64,000 bases of DNA from Aduncisulcus paluster (lineage: Eukaryota). Location of the stretch: contig BQXS01012745.1 in NCBI GenBank assembly GCA_024181965.1, positions 1 through 64,000 of the forward strand, given 5' to 3'. Positions 52,208 to 64,000 of the stretch are shown here, piece by piece. The position numbers were made by a program, and so were the translations under genes. The stretch's first letter is position 1; every line of letters starts with the position of its first letter. Under the pieces are notes generated by a model that saw nothing but the letters and a program-made list of their open reading frames with translations, ran no database searches and was not told the origin of the DNA.

Positions 52208-55018
52208 ATGAATCCATGTTCATTTTGTTCTAAAGAATATAAAACCGATAAAGGAATTGACTATATAAATTCAGAAGGAATAGTATGTTTATATTTTCCT
52301 TTCTCTGCTTATCTCACATGTATATACAATTGAATTCTAAATATTCTAATCCTAAACTGACATTTCTTTTTAAATCTTTGCGAATTTATTCAAATTCTTA
52401 TTATTTATCCAAAAATATTCTAGTTATATCAATTTTGTACCGAAAAATGTCAAAAACTATTTTTATTTTACCAAAAACAATCAGATCTAGGTCCTCATGC
52501 CTATCTAACAGGAAGCACAGCGGCCACTAATGATTCAATCTTCGAAAAATCTTCAGAATTTATAACCGATCTTTCTGACTCTAAAAAAGATTCTAATCCC
52601 CTTGATATTTCCCTTATTCAGAAAATTGATGAAATTCCTCTATCTCTTGCCGATATCAAATATCAAAAGCTTATCACTAGTACCAAAGCTCGGGATAGTG
52701 CAACTCCTCTTGGAAATATTCTTAAAGAAGCTAAACAGGTTATACTGGAACAAGAAGCCAAGAAAAGGGGTATGGTAATCACAAAAGAAGGTAAATTAGA
52801 GAAGAAATCTTGGGTGTTTGCAGGGCCAGAAAAACCTCCATCAATTATGCCAACAAAATCAGCCTATATTGACAATTCATATGTTCCCGAAGAGATAGAT
52901 CTCTCATCGACGAAGCAAGATCCATCAAAATGTACTTTTGGAGCAAGAACTCCTCACCAAGGTGGTAGGCATTTTGTTGATGATGTTAATGGGGTCAAAA
53001 TGGCCGGCTTATTCACAGAAAAATCGAAGAAAAGGCATCAATCGAGGTCACTTTTGACGTCTCTTAACCTTCATATCGATATTAAAGAGGGTTCTAGACA
53101 ATCTTCACCCTCTTTAACCGGTAGCAAAGTACAGACTCCGTCAGGTGCCTCTGGTGGTGATATTACCGTTAGAAAGAAAGTAGCTATTCCTAAACCTTCA
53201 TTTTCCACATATTCAGCCCCATACACCCATGGCATTGTGATGGGACAAGCAACAGGATTTGAACCCGGGAAATATGATCTGCCAAATTACTATCCATATG
53301 AAAAGAAACCTCTCTCATTCGATATTGGGGAACGCAAACCATCCCAACCCAAGAAAAAAAGGGTGGAAACAGCTCCTCCTCTCTCGTATATCATCCCTCG
53401 TGATCTGGGTGATGACTATACCATGCTGAGTAAGGGAGGTGGATCTCGGTATAGCGCCAAAGTATGGCGGAAAATAGCCGTTGCAAAGGCTCAGCAACAA
53501 CAAAAAGTGGCGGCGCAATTGGGTGCAAGCTCGAATTCTCCCAAATTTAATTCCCCCGGGTTTTCGAATTCAAATCGTGTTGGAATTGCCCCCATGTCAC
53601 CCAGCTTGAGTGCTCTCTCATCGGTTACTGGTCCTGCCAGGAAAAGGGTTCAATTCAAACAGAGTCCGGGTAGCCGTATCACTAGTGTTGGAACTCATCA
53701 AAGTGGAAGTCAAAGAAGGATTCGGGTGAAAGGATCTCCATTCGATCAGGCTAAACCAAAGCCCAGGATTGCCAGACATGGCGGTATGATGAAAGGTGGT
53801 GTTAGTTCGAATGATTCACCCCTTGTTAAAGCTGGTAAGTTTACCCCGCAAAAGAAAAGGAATATAGTGTCCCGATTCAGCCAACCTATCCCTCGTTCGT
53901 CGTCAGTTATGGCTGCACGAAGGAAGATATCTTTTGGAGATGTCATTGATTCTTCTGAGCCAGGTTCTCCTTTCAATAGATCGAAGACATCTCTTGGGTT
54001 TCGAGAGAAATCAAGCATGATGGATGCTGATATGATGGCAGACGATACATTATCGGTGGGAACTTCCTCTGTTTCTCAAGATGAGTCTATTTCAATCTCC
54101 CCTCGTGCAACCGATGAGAAAGATATTATGAGAACCGCATTCAATCCAATGTCCGCATCATTCTCTGCCTCATCAACGACTGGGATTCAACCTATTAAAT
54201 ATTGTCATTATTCCGAATTTACTGATCCATCTGAATTGGATAAGAAAGCTCATCCAAGAGCTGTATCATCAGTGGGTTTCTCCAAACAAGTTCCTTCCGG
54301 TTGTTCTGGACGTCTTGCTGCTTCGACCCCATTTGCTGAGCGGACAGTCCGTTCCACCCCTGTAAATCTTGTATCTCTCCCAGCAGCCTTTTCGAACACT
54401 CCGAAATACACTGAACAAACACAATCTGCAGCATCTGCTCGTCGAGCTCAACAGACATTCTCTACCCCCACGGCTGGCCGCATGTCAAGAAGTGCTGTAT
54501 CACCTGGGTATTCAGCAAGAACCCCCATGCATGGCACATCTGGTTATCCTGCTTCTCCCTTCTCCTCTTCAATGCTGGGAACTCCCAGAAAACTAAGTGA
54601 AAAGGAGCTACTATTCAAACGGAGCAAGTTAGTAAGTCGATTCATGCGTACTCAGAATCCTTCTGATTCTCTCCATCCCGCTGATGTTCATTTTGCAAAG
54701 CAATCTTTCTCTATCATCGATAAACAACGGGGTCAGATTGAAAAACAATTAACAGACAAGTTTAAAATGGTCAACTCGATTCAGAAACTCGTCAATGGAA
54801 ATGGCACGAATACTCTGTCTTTTAGCGATGTTTATCATTTGAAACAGAAAATGCAGAAAGAACGGGAATTGAAGCAAAAGGCAGCATTAATGAGTCCCAA
54901 GGATTCAATTATGGTTCGAAAACGTGTGGCAGGGTTTGATTTCTCCCGATCTAGAGAAACTGGTCGATTACCAAGAAAGGACAAGAATATCCTCCAAAGA
55001 TCAAAGATTATGAAATAG
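52208..55018 (+). CDS. Protein with an N-terminal TRASH/L24e-like Cys4 finger and a long basic Ser/Pro-rich disordered region (889 aa); exons 52208-52282 and 52424-55018
   Basis: The frame is open well upstream of the ORF-track start at 52772. A phase-0 GTATGT...TTCTAG intron gives MNPCSFCSKEYKTDKGIDYINSEGI-LYQFCTEKCQKLF. Confidence 0.75.
52283..52423 (+). other. Spliceosomal intron (141 nt)
   Basis: GTATGT donor and TTCTAG acceptor; joining completes a CxxC...FCxxxC motif. Confidence 0.78.
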
Positions 55019-55431
55019 ATAATGATAATGTTTATATTATTCATTTGTTTTCTTTTATTATTAATTTTTATTGTTTAGTTGCTTCTCATTTGTATTTATA
55101 TAAGATTTTGAAGAAAGTTTTTTTTCCATCCGCATGATCTTTGTCATTTGCTTGCATGTCGAAATATTATATTGGATATTTTCCATTATATTGCTTTTAA
55201 GTCTTATTTCAAAGATAAATTTGTGAAAAGGTTTGTTTTTGATCGCTTTAGGCTCTTCTTTTTTTCTGATTATTTTTCACGCTAATATCAATAGTAAAAG
55301 CTTGTTATGTATGATTTGTACAATATTAATTGTTTTTTCAAGGATTAAATGATGAAGAACTCCTTAATTATTGATTAATAACAATTTCCTATGATTGGAC
55401 AAGATATTGGCATACTCCTCTCAAGTAATAC

Positions 55432-58400
55432 ATGGAATTTTCCTTGTCGGCAAGTTTATTACTTGCTCAATCAGCTGAATTCCTATATAAATTATTACCT
55501 CGAGTCCAATTATCATATGATGCTCGAAAAAACTGTGTTGAGCAGCTTCAAGAGCTAATAATGCGTGTAAATAAGTTAATGTGTGAAAGACCTAAAGAAT
55601 ATGACGATAGATCTCATAGTAATCTTATATTTGATCGGTTTCGAGAATTGATTGATAAATTCCTTGTTGTGCAGGGATTTTGGTCAATATTTTCAAATCA
55701 ACAGCCAGAAAAGGCTGTATCATATTTATTATTTGCAACTAAACCTGTTGATAGCTGTTTAACATCCTCTGTCTTTGTCAGCAAATTACTCTATGTTATA
55801 TTTTTTTCAAGTACAACAATTGTTCATGACTTGACAATCACAATCATTAATATGTGTATTGATAATTGTATTACTGTGCTTAATAAGCTTGCTGATGAAT
55901 TTGAAATGTGTTTATACGTCAGCGGTAGTTTTGTACCAATAGTTGATACAATATGCAAATATCTTCGTAAAATGAATCAAACAAGAGCCAAAAAAATCCT
56001 TTTAAATCGTCATGGTGGTTTGAATGTAACAAAACCGCCTCATTCATTCTTTTCAACAAATCATTCTATAAGTTCTGATTCTAGTTCTAAAACCGTTTAT
56101 AAAATTCATAAAATATATAAAGAACCCTCAAAATATGCTATAACATATGATTTAAAGCATGGGTCTACTGTTTCCAATGTATTAATTGATGATGAACAAG
56201 GTGTGTTCCTTCCTTTCCTTGAACCTGTTACAATTACTCCCACCCTATTTTCCTCGCCTTCAACGTCTTCTATGCGTGTTTTATATCCTCCAAATATCCA
56301 ATTATACGTCAATCATGTTGATAATCCTTTACTTTTTTTTGATGGAATGAGGATGTCAAGCCAGCCTTCCTTGGCTGATACCAGAGCAATTGGTTCAACT
56401 CAGCATGGTATACAGTACGAAACCAATGGCCAAAGCATGCCAGTGCCACCATCGAATGGATATTATTATTCTGATGGCGTCGAAGGTGATCCCAATGATA
56501 TGGAAAGATTGGCCCTTACCCAATCCAGTGGAAACATAAGTGAGTATCAAACCACACCCAATAGTCAACAACAACCCCGATACTCAATCCATCAGTTTGG
56601 CAAAGATCCTGGTCATGGTCACCCCAGTGCTGAGACTCTGGGTCATCATGCAACGTTGGATGATAGTAATGTCCCAAGACCTCCTCCTTTTCGACCACCC
56701 GATGCTTGTTCAGAACATATTGAATGTGGAGGCATAGCCATTGCTGATACAGCCGAAGGTATTGATAATTCTGCCCTTCTTGCCAAGGGTATTGTCAATT
56801 TGAAATATGAGTCATCAGGTCGGATATTTCATTCCAGATCTGATGATATTTCGTCGAAAAGAACCAAATCTTTGTTACAAATGAATCACCATACAGCACC
56901 GACTGATGACAAAGATGATGTGAAGTCTATTGCAGAAACTAAGCAAGAAGTAGCCCCTCGAACAACTCGGTATGATCCAAAAGAAGATCCAGACTATACT
57001 CCCCTTCCTACTTTAGTTCAACCAGATCCAAACGACTCATTCTCATGTTTTCTCCCTCGTGCCCGTATGATGACACTCCACCGTCCTTCTAGTCACCAAC
57101 GTTCTTCTGAATCATCCACAACGACTCCCCATAAGTCAGAGGGTTCTGGTCATTCTTGTGATTGTAATCCATTCCATTCCCTTCTTGAGAGTCATAATAG
57201 AGATATTTATACCTATCCAATCCATAGACATCAAAACCAATGTGAATGCACAAGTAAGATGTCCCAAGGAGTTGGTTCAGCGTCGGTTTCTCAGGATTCT
57301 AGAAGCTCCTCGGTTTCATCTCGAACAGACAAAAGAGATCTCAGGAAGAGAATGGTTTCAACCGGAACTTCTCAACGAACACGTACTAAATTGCGTTCCC
57401 ACCAACATGAATATATCAATAAGCAATCGAGTAGTCATATTTCCTCAAGGATGAGCGTAAAAGCTGATGTGTATGTCGAGGACAGCAGTGAAGATGATGA
57501 TGATGTTGTTTTACACCTATCAAATGATGATGCTAGTTCTGAAGATATTCGCCATGTCAAGTCGAGCACTTCTCTCAGAGGAATGCATCGTGTCAAGCAT
57601 CGACTGAATGATACGCACTCCTCAATATTGTGTATTGAAGATGAGTTAAGCGATCAAACCACTTCATCTTCTGAATATGACGGCGAGGAACAGTGTCCTT
57701 GGTGTGGAAAGTGGCGTTCTCGGCGCCAGAAGAAGAATATTTACTCCCTTTTCTATCATCCTCATTCGTATTCTACCACAGGGGATCTGTGTTGTCCAAG
57801 TGAAGACAGTTGCTTTATTTATCCTCAATCTTTCTCAAATTTGGATCCTCGGGCGGCAACCGAAGAGGAACGAAAAGAAATGGAAATTAGCCGACTTTAT
57901 TACCGGCACCTTCATTCACATATGAGAGAGAAAAGGACGAGAGTGGAGAGACCTCGTCGAAAAAAAATACGGAGGAAAATACGGAAAAGAAAGGAATCTT
58001 CTGATAATTCTGAGAAAGTTAAAAAGAAGCATGGTCATAGGAAGAAGAAAGAGTCAGAAAAGAAACCTCAAAGAAAACAACAACATACCCAGCCCACGAT
58101 GGATGTTCTCCACACTCCTTCCGTCTCAAAGGATGGAAAACTTGACCGTCTCGATTGTTCCTCAAAGATTCCTTCCTCTTCCCTCTCAAGAAATTCACCC
58201 CACTCTTTCCTTCCTTCTGATGATGGTCCTATCCCTTCTCCGGATTTATCATACTCCTTTAATACTCACCTGCATGTGTGCTCTTTTCTGCAGTCGAGAT
58301 CCCATCTATGCGTCAAACCCAGCACATTTATTTGGAAACCAAATTCGGACAAGAAACATCAGGGCAAGACAAAGTCTTCGTTTTATAGTCAATTCCAACA

Positions 58401-61400
58401 ATGGTCCAGTGGATATTCTTCTGGAGAAAACTCTCGAAGCTCTGCTTCATTCGCGAGTGAGGAAGTGTATGTTTTGTATGTTGCTCAATTGTTGTCACAT
58501 TCCCTTCTTACTCGAAGACAAACTCTTCAATATGGTTGTAATGCGCTTCTTGATCTGTTTTGGAAGACTATCCTTGACCCAAATGAGGGTTTGCGGGAGG
58601 CCCAGAGAGAGCAATTAATGGGGAATCGTAGTGCACCTCCTGGCAGACCGAGTAAGTCTGTCAATTCACATGCCCCAACATCGGCTGATCCTTCTCCTCG
58701 ACCCTCACTGTATGCCCCATTGGGTTTGTCTCATAGAGTTAATGTTAATGAGGTATTTGATCGATTGAACGAATGGATACTTAATCTGTACGAAGATAAA
58801 GATTTTGTAACAAGACGCAGACGAATTGAAACGATGAGATCCATCCCTTCAGAATCTATTCCTTTGGCTCAATTTCCTCAATATAGCAATCGTCTTGATC
58901 CATTCCATCACCATTCTCCGATCTCTGCAAGGAGTATGTTTAAACAAATGACCAATTTTGACTCTCTTTATGATGTTCCAGCTCTTCCTTGGTGGGTTGT
59001 GTGGAGCGATAATCCAATAGATAGCGCTCGGGAACAGCCCAACACCGAAGATAAGAAAAAGACCAGCAATAATCCACAAACAGTTGTTCTAGCAAGTGAG
59101 GGGGCTCGATTCAAGCCAAGCGAAGGCAGTGATGATGTTTTCTTTGATTCATCGAAGGTTAAAGGCTCTATGACTTTTTCTTCAAGTTCTAGTATCTCCG
59201 AAGACGGACTAGAATCCCGAGAACCCGAGCGAATTACGCCTCCTCCGTTGAATTCCTTTGCTATTTCTTCACAGAATCAGACCACTTCGACCATTTCTAG
59301 TGATGTTGAAATTCCTGAGGTTGTATTCTCCTCTAGGTCTCGTCTTCAAGCTAATGAAAGTATTTCTGGCCTCTTTACTTTCCTCTATCTTCCTCCTCCT
59401 CCACCTGATTCCATGTTGCACACCCATCTGTGTACTCAAGAGGATGTATCGTTATTTTTTGCTCCATTAATTATGTGTTTTTCCATGTACCATGATCTCA
59501 TTATGTGTAAAAGAGAGAGTCGATGGGAGTTAGAGTGGGAAAAGATGAGGGATGAAAATAAGAATAGGAAAGAATCCCGTCAGGAATGGAGAGATGAGAT
59601 GAGGAGAGCAGAAATGATGCATTCAAAATTCTGGTGGCAAGAGCAGCAACAAGCCGCACGATCTCACAATGAATACGAAGCCACTGAGGAATCTGACACC
59701 CAATTCGAGATAAGCAAAGGGAGTCTTGATGAATATCACTCGTTTAATCCTCAGGCGAACTCTGTTGTTGGCGTGGATCCGTTGTTGAAAGGTTCAATAT
59801 ATAATGAAACGAGTGACTCGGTGGCAAGGAAGAAGAACAAAGATATCCCACAGGGGAATATTCCCATTCGTATTCCCAAAGATCGTATTCCTGCATATCA
59901 ACATACGACTCTTCCGATTATGTGTCCATTCCAATCCTCATCTGAGGAAAGTTGCATGTGTCTTGATTACCCTCAGTGTGACGATACTTTCGGTTTGAAA
60001 CGACACAAAACGGACGAGTCGATATGGAGTTCTCAAAAAAACAGGAGAATGATGAATGTTGTTATATTGCATACATGGACCGAAATTCAGTGCAGATTCA
60101 GAAATATGTTGAGGAAAAAAGGGTCCAAGACAGGTCATCAGAATTTTCCCTCCTCCCATGCTCGTTTTTCTGAATCTTCAAGCCTTCCTTCAACATTTAC
60201 CCCCTCATTAAGTTCAACTTTGATGGCTTTGAAGTCACCCAAAGCCGATGCACTCATACAGAAAGAGTGGGATTCTCTTGAAGCCTTTCAATTGCCTGAA
60301 AATCAAGCCATTGTGTGTCCAGATGATCGTACAAACCTCACAATTGATCGAGGTTTAGTATTAAAGAGCATGTGGATTGGTCTGAAGGGAACTGAATATG
60401 AAAAAAAGAAGCTATCTTTCAAGAGGTTTAGAGATCTCCATGCTGTTCGGGCATGGAAGAGGAAATCCTGCATTAAAGAACTTGTTCAGATGATGGAAGA
60501 GGAAGATCTCATTGTTCGCCGTGAAACGAAGGCCTTCCGTATGTTACACCAAATCTATAGAAAGAAAGGAACCTTCCCGAATACAAAGAAAGGCATGAAA
60601 AGTATAATATCTCATGAAATCCAAGAACTTAGTTCACATATAAAGCGTCGCAATGCAAAATGGGAGAGCCGAAGAAAAGTTATGAATTCAATCATTTCAA
60701 CTATTTCAACCTCGAGGATTCCAACCTTGGATGATGTGGAAAAGGAGGATGAAATTCGGTTCCTTGAAAGATTATTTGTGATTGGCAAACATTTTCCTCA
60801 TCATTCTAACAATTCATACACTCCATATCTTGCTTTCTCTTCCTCTGATGAGAATATTGCTCTAAAATTAGATCAGGTGGAGTGGTTTGCGCAACTTATT
60901 GGTTATTCTGAACCTGATGGGGATGATGATAATGAATTAAATGTTGTCAACTCGCCTGCAGCATTGATAAGACTTTTATTCCCATACCTTCCTCCAAACT
61001 ATATATCTCCATTCAAAACTTCTGTTACTCCGTTCGTTCCTGGTTCTGATGTTCGGCAACGAGGAATGCTGGAGCTTGAGGAAGACAGTGATTTTGATCT
61101 CGCAGCTCTCAGCATGGATAGTGTTGATTCGACTGCCAGTATGTCAGTGTCATACACGTCTCCAAGTGTCACAAGAGACTCGTCATCACAACATCAGCCA
61201 TGGGCTCAAAACAAGGGACAGGTGAATCAAGATATGAAATCAGCGAAAAACTCATATTCTGGTTCACATTCATCAATTAGTGGCTCTCCAAGTTCTTCTG
61301 TGACCTCTATCATTCCGCTTCCTGCCAATATTTATCCTTCATTCCTCTCATTTGTGAGAAATATGCGAGGTGTTCCTGCAATCAAAACCAGTACAGATCT

Positions 61401-64000
61401 GCTCCATTCTATCCGATCAAACTGCTTGGCGTCAAAAATTGTGGGTTGTTCAAATATTCCTGAGAGTTTATCATCCTTACCTTCCTCTCAAAAGAGAATG
61501 AATCCGAATTCCAAGTTGTCTGTGTGTGAAATTCTTGCCATGGAAAATGAAAGTGGTGTCAGTGTTGGTGACAAGCCTGCTCTGGACCTTATTGCACAGC
61601 CGTTACATTCTCCACTCGTGTTTGCAATGTTATACTTGCCTTTGTTCCTGATATCTGGCCGCTCAGTGATGTCACTTGCGTCTTATTCATCCATTTCGTT
61701 TCATTTTATTCTGGCTCACATTCTTTCAACTGCTTCAACTTCCTCTTCTATCCTTTCCTCTTTGACAGCAAAACCTCTCTTTTCTCAACAATGCACTCAA
61801 GCAATCGTGACAAGAAGACATCCAACCTCTTCTCTTGAAGCAAATGGTGTCCATCAGAGTATTTTGCCACCTCCGTGCGTTCAATGGTATATTCGGCAAG
61901 AACGACTGCACAACCGCCAACGTGATCAGCAGAAAAAGAAAAAAGCTTGGAGTGTAAGCGCTGGAGTCGATTCAATCAACCAATGGCTCTCTGAACGTGA
62001 AAAGTTAAGAGTATTGCGAAAACGATGGGAGAAGAAAAAGAAAATGTCAATTGTTTTATCAAAAGTTGAATCTATATTGAGTGAAGATTCTCCTTCAGCT
62101 CATTCCTCAATTGTTGGAGGTGAGAGAAAGAGCGATCAAATCTATTCTGAGATCAAATTTTATTTATATCCATCTGAGAAAGAAATAATGAACATTCAAA
62201 AACGTGCACATGATCATGCCAATCACTGTGAACGTCATGGAAAAGAGACTTTTGAGAAGCGTCTTATGTTTTCGCCTTATCCTGGCTCCTCCATGTCATC
62301 TCCTTTTCATTCCTCTTCTTCACTCTCCACCTTGACTATTTTATACCCTTCTCTTACATTATCCAGTCTGTTGAGCCATGATACTATAAATACATGTGTA
62401 CAAGGAAGGGCCGCATATCGGGATCGCAATAGGAAGAAACGGGATAGTGTTGAAGAGAAGATGAGGAAGGCTGAAGAAGAGAAGATGATCGTTAGATGGT
62501 CAGCCACAAAAAGAGAAATGATTTTAATGACTGCTGACGCAGAAGATTCTCTTTCATTAGATTCTGTTGATAAAAGGATCTTAGAAAAGAAGAAGATCTC
62601 AAGATCTGATTGTACTATCACGAAGAAGGATAGAAAAGGTTTGTTACCTATTGATTTGTTAAGTCCACCTGGTCCAGATCAACAGTATTCGTCTCTTAAA
62701 ATGAAACAGTCGCTCATTCGCTCACATGGAGAGTTCGAAATGTTGAAATACACTCAATTACGAGAGAAATATCTCGGATATCACTCAAAGAACACAAAGG
62801 AACGGGAATGGAAACCGTATAAGCCATCCTACCAATTGGGTGAGCAAGGTCTTGATACCAACAAGACCTCCACGAAGAAATCCTTCAAAGATTTCCTTGA
62901 AAATGCATCTGTTCGGGATCGTCGTGCAATGATAAACCAGGTTCTCAGTGATTTCTATTCAAACAATAAGATGATTGCTGCAAATATATCTTTAAGCTCG
63001 TTATCCTCTCTTTTTCAATCTAATGAATCCGCCTCTTTGTCTACAACACCTCAAAATCGCATTTCTCAACGGTTCTTCTCACTCTCTCCGATGCTGGCTT
63101 CCTTATCTGAAGGTCCCAGTACCTCAGAGCTCCATGATTCTTCAAACCCCGATGCCAATAGCCCGGTTCCTGTGCAATCTTCCTCCTCTAGTGGTTCGAG
63201 AGCATCCTTGATGAAGTTTCTTGCATCTCTTCCTCCATGTTCNNNNNNNNNNNNNNNNNNNNTGCAAATATATCTTTAAGCTCGTTATCCTCTCTTTTTC
63301 AATCTAATGAATCCGCCTCTTTGTCTACAACACCTCAAAATCGCATTTCTCAACGGTTCTTCTCACTCTCTCCGATGCTGGCTTCCTTATCTGAAGGTCC
63401 CAGTACCTCAGAGCTCCATGATTCTTCAAACCCCGATGCCAATAGCCCGGTTCCTGTGCAATCTTCCTCCTCTAGTGGTTCGAGAGCATCCTTGATGAAG
63501 TTTCTTGCATCTCTTCCTCCATGTTCCCTGTCATTGTATTGTCCTTTGCATACTATAGCTCATACAATGGCCAGAATGCCGCTTCTTGTTGGGGAACGGG
63601 TGCATCCAACCAAGGAAAAGAAGCGTTCTCGGCATTTGGATGGAGTGTCTGTCGATAACCAGGAAAATGTTCCCCTTCATTTGTCATTTTATCATGAATG
63701 TTTTAGATCGTCACCTCAACAAATCCAAATGAAGGATGCACATAATGGTTCCATTGATGTCCAAGATACTTTGCCTTATGTATTTAATTATCTTGATGTG
63801 TTCCTATGGTCAAATCCACTCTTACCACCCGTTATGGTCTTTCCTTCTTCACATCTTACACCCTCAGAGTTTGTCAAGCACTCTTCGTTCCCTTTTTCCT
63901 CTTCAATGTTTTCTGTCTGTGGTTGTATGTGCTTATTCAGTGGAAAAGAGTGGATAAAATGGGTCAAAAATATTGGGTCTCACAACACTCAGGCTCAAAA
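55432..64000 (+). CDS. Very large Ser-rich hypothetical protein, 3'-partial (runs off the window)
   Basis: Over 2600 open codons. The apparent stop at 63279 results from the N-gap with duplicated flank; the frame stays open from 63527 to the window end. Confidence 0.8.
62979..63526. repeat. Assembly gap (N 63243-63262) with duplicated flanks
   Basis: 62979-63242 equals 63263-63526. Confidence 0.92.

Noticed and set aside
1-64000. Non-standard genetic code (TAR=Gln as in hexamitid diplomonads), CRISPR arrays, transposases, rRNA
   Set aside because: Conserved genes end at TAA, TAG or TGA with no internal stops. No spacer-repeat arrays, transposase or reverse-transcriptase motifs, or rRNA signatures were seen.

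Overview
Gene-dense eukaryotic DNA, not prokaryotic. It has short AT-rich spacers, the standard genetic code (TAA, TAG and TGA all used as stops) and sparse short spliceosomal introns that all begin GTATGT. Flagellar and cytoskeletal genes (IFT43, MORN1), an oxygen-sensitive bacterial-type Fe-S enzyme and long Ser/Glu-rich insertions suggest an anaerobic flagellate protist. A Carpediemonas-like fornicate such as Aduncisulcus is my guess; this is inference only. About 23 protein genes are supported: a fused 2-hydroxyacyl-CoA dehydratase activator-type enzyme (likely LGT), PP1, RPS3, a Sec10-like protein, RPS17, MORN1, a DRAM/Frag1 protein, Utp13/TBL3, a DEAH helicase-RBR ligase fusion, an LRR protein, a histone-fold protein, an actin-related protein, a WD40 protein, a 7TM protein, a YwqG/DUF1963-like protein, a degenerate SAC9-like protein, IFT43, AP-2 sigma, a TRASH/L24e-finger protein and several orphans. 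I reconstructed six introns by hand. The most notable non-coding signals are (i) a Pol III-type tRNA-like gene whose anticodon arm is about 3 nt too long and has no assignable anticodon, (ii) a structured 123-nt element flanked by splice sites and carrying a premature stop inside the LRR gene's long intron, and (iii) structured RNA abutting the RPS3 start codon and the RPS17 stop codon. Five N-gaps with duplicated flanks, and probably two exact tandem duplications, are assembly artefacts. Family assignments rest on motif recognition from memory, not on database searches.
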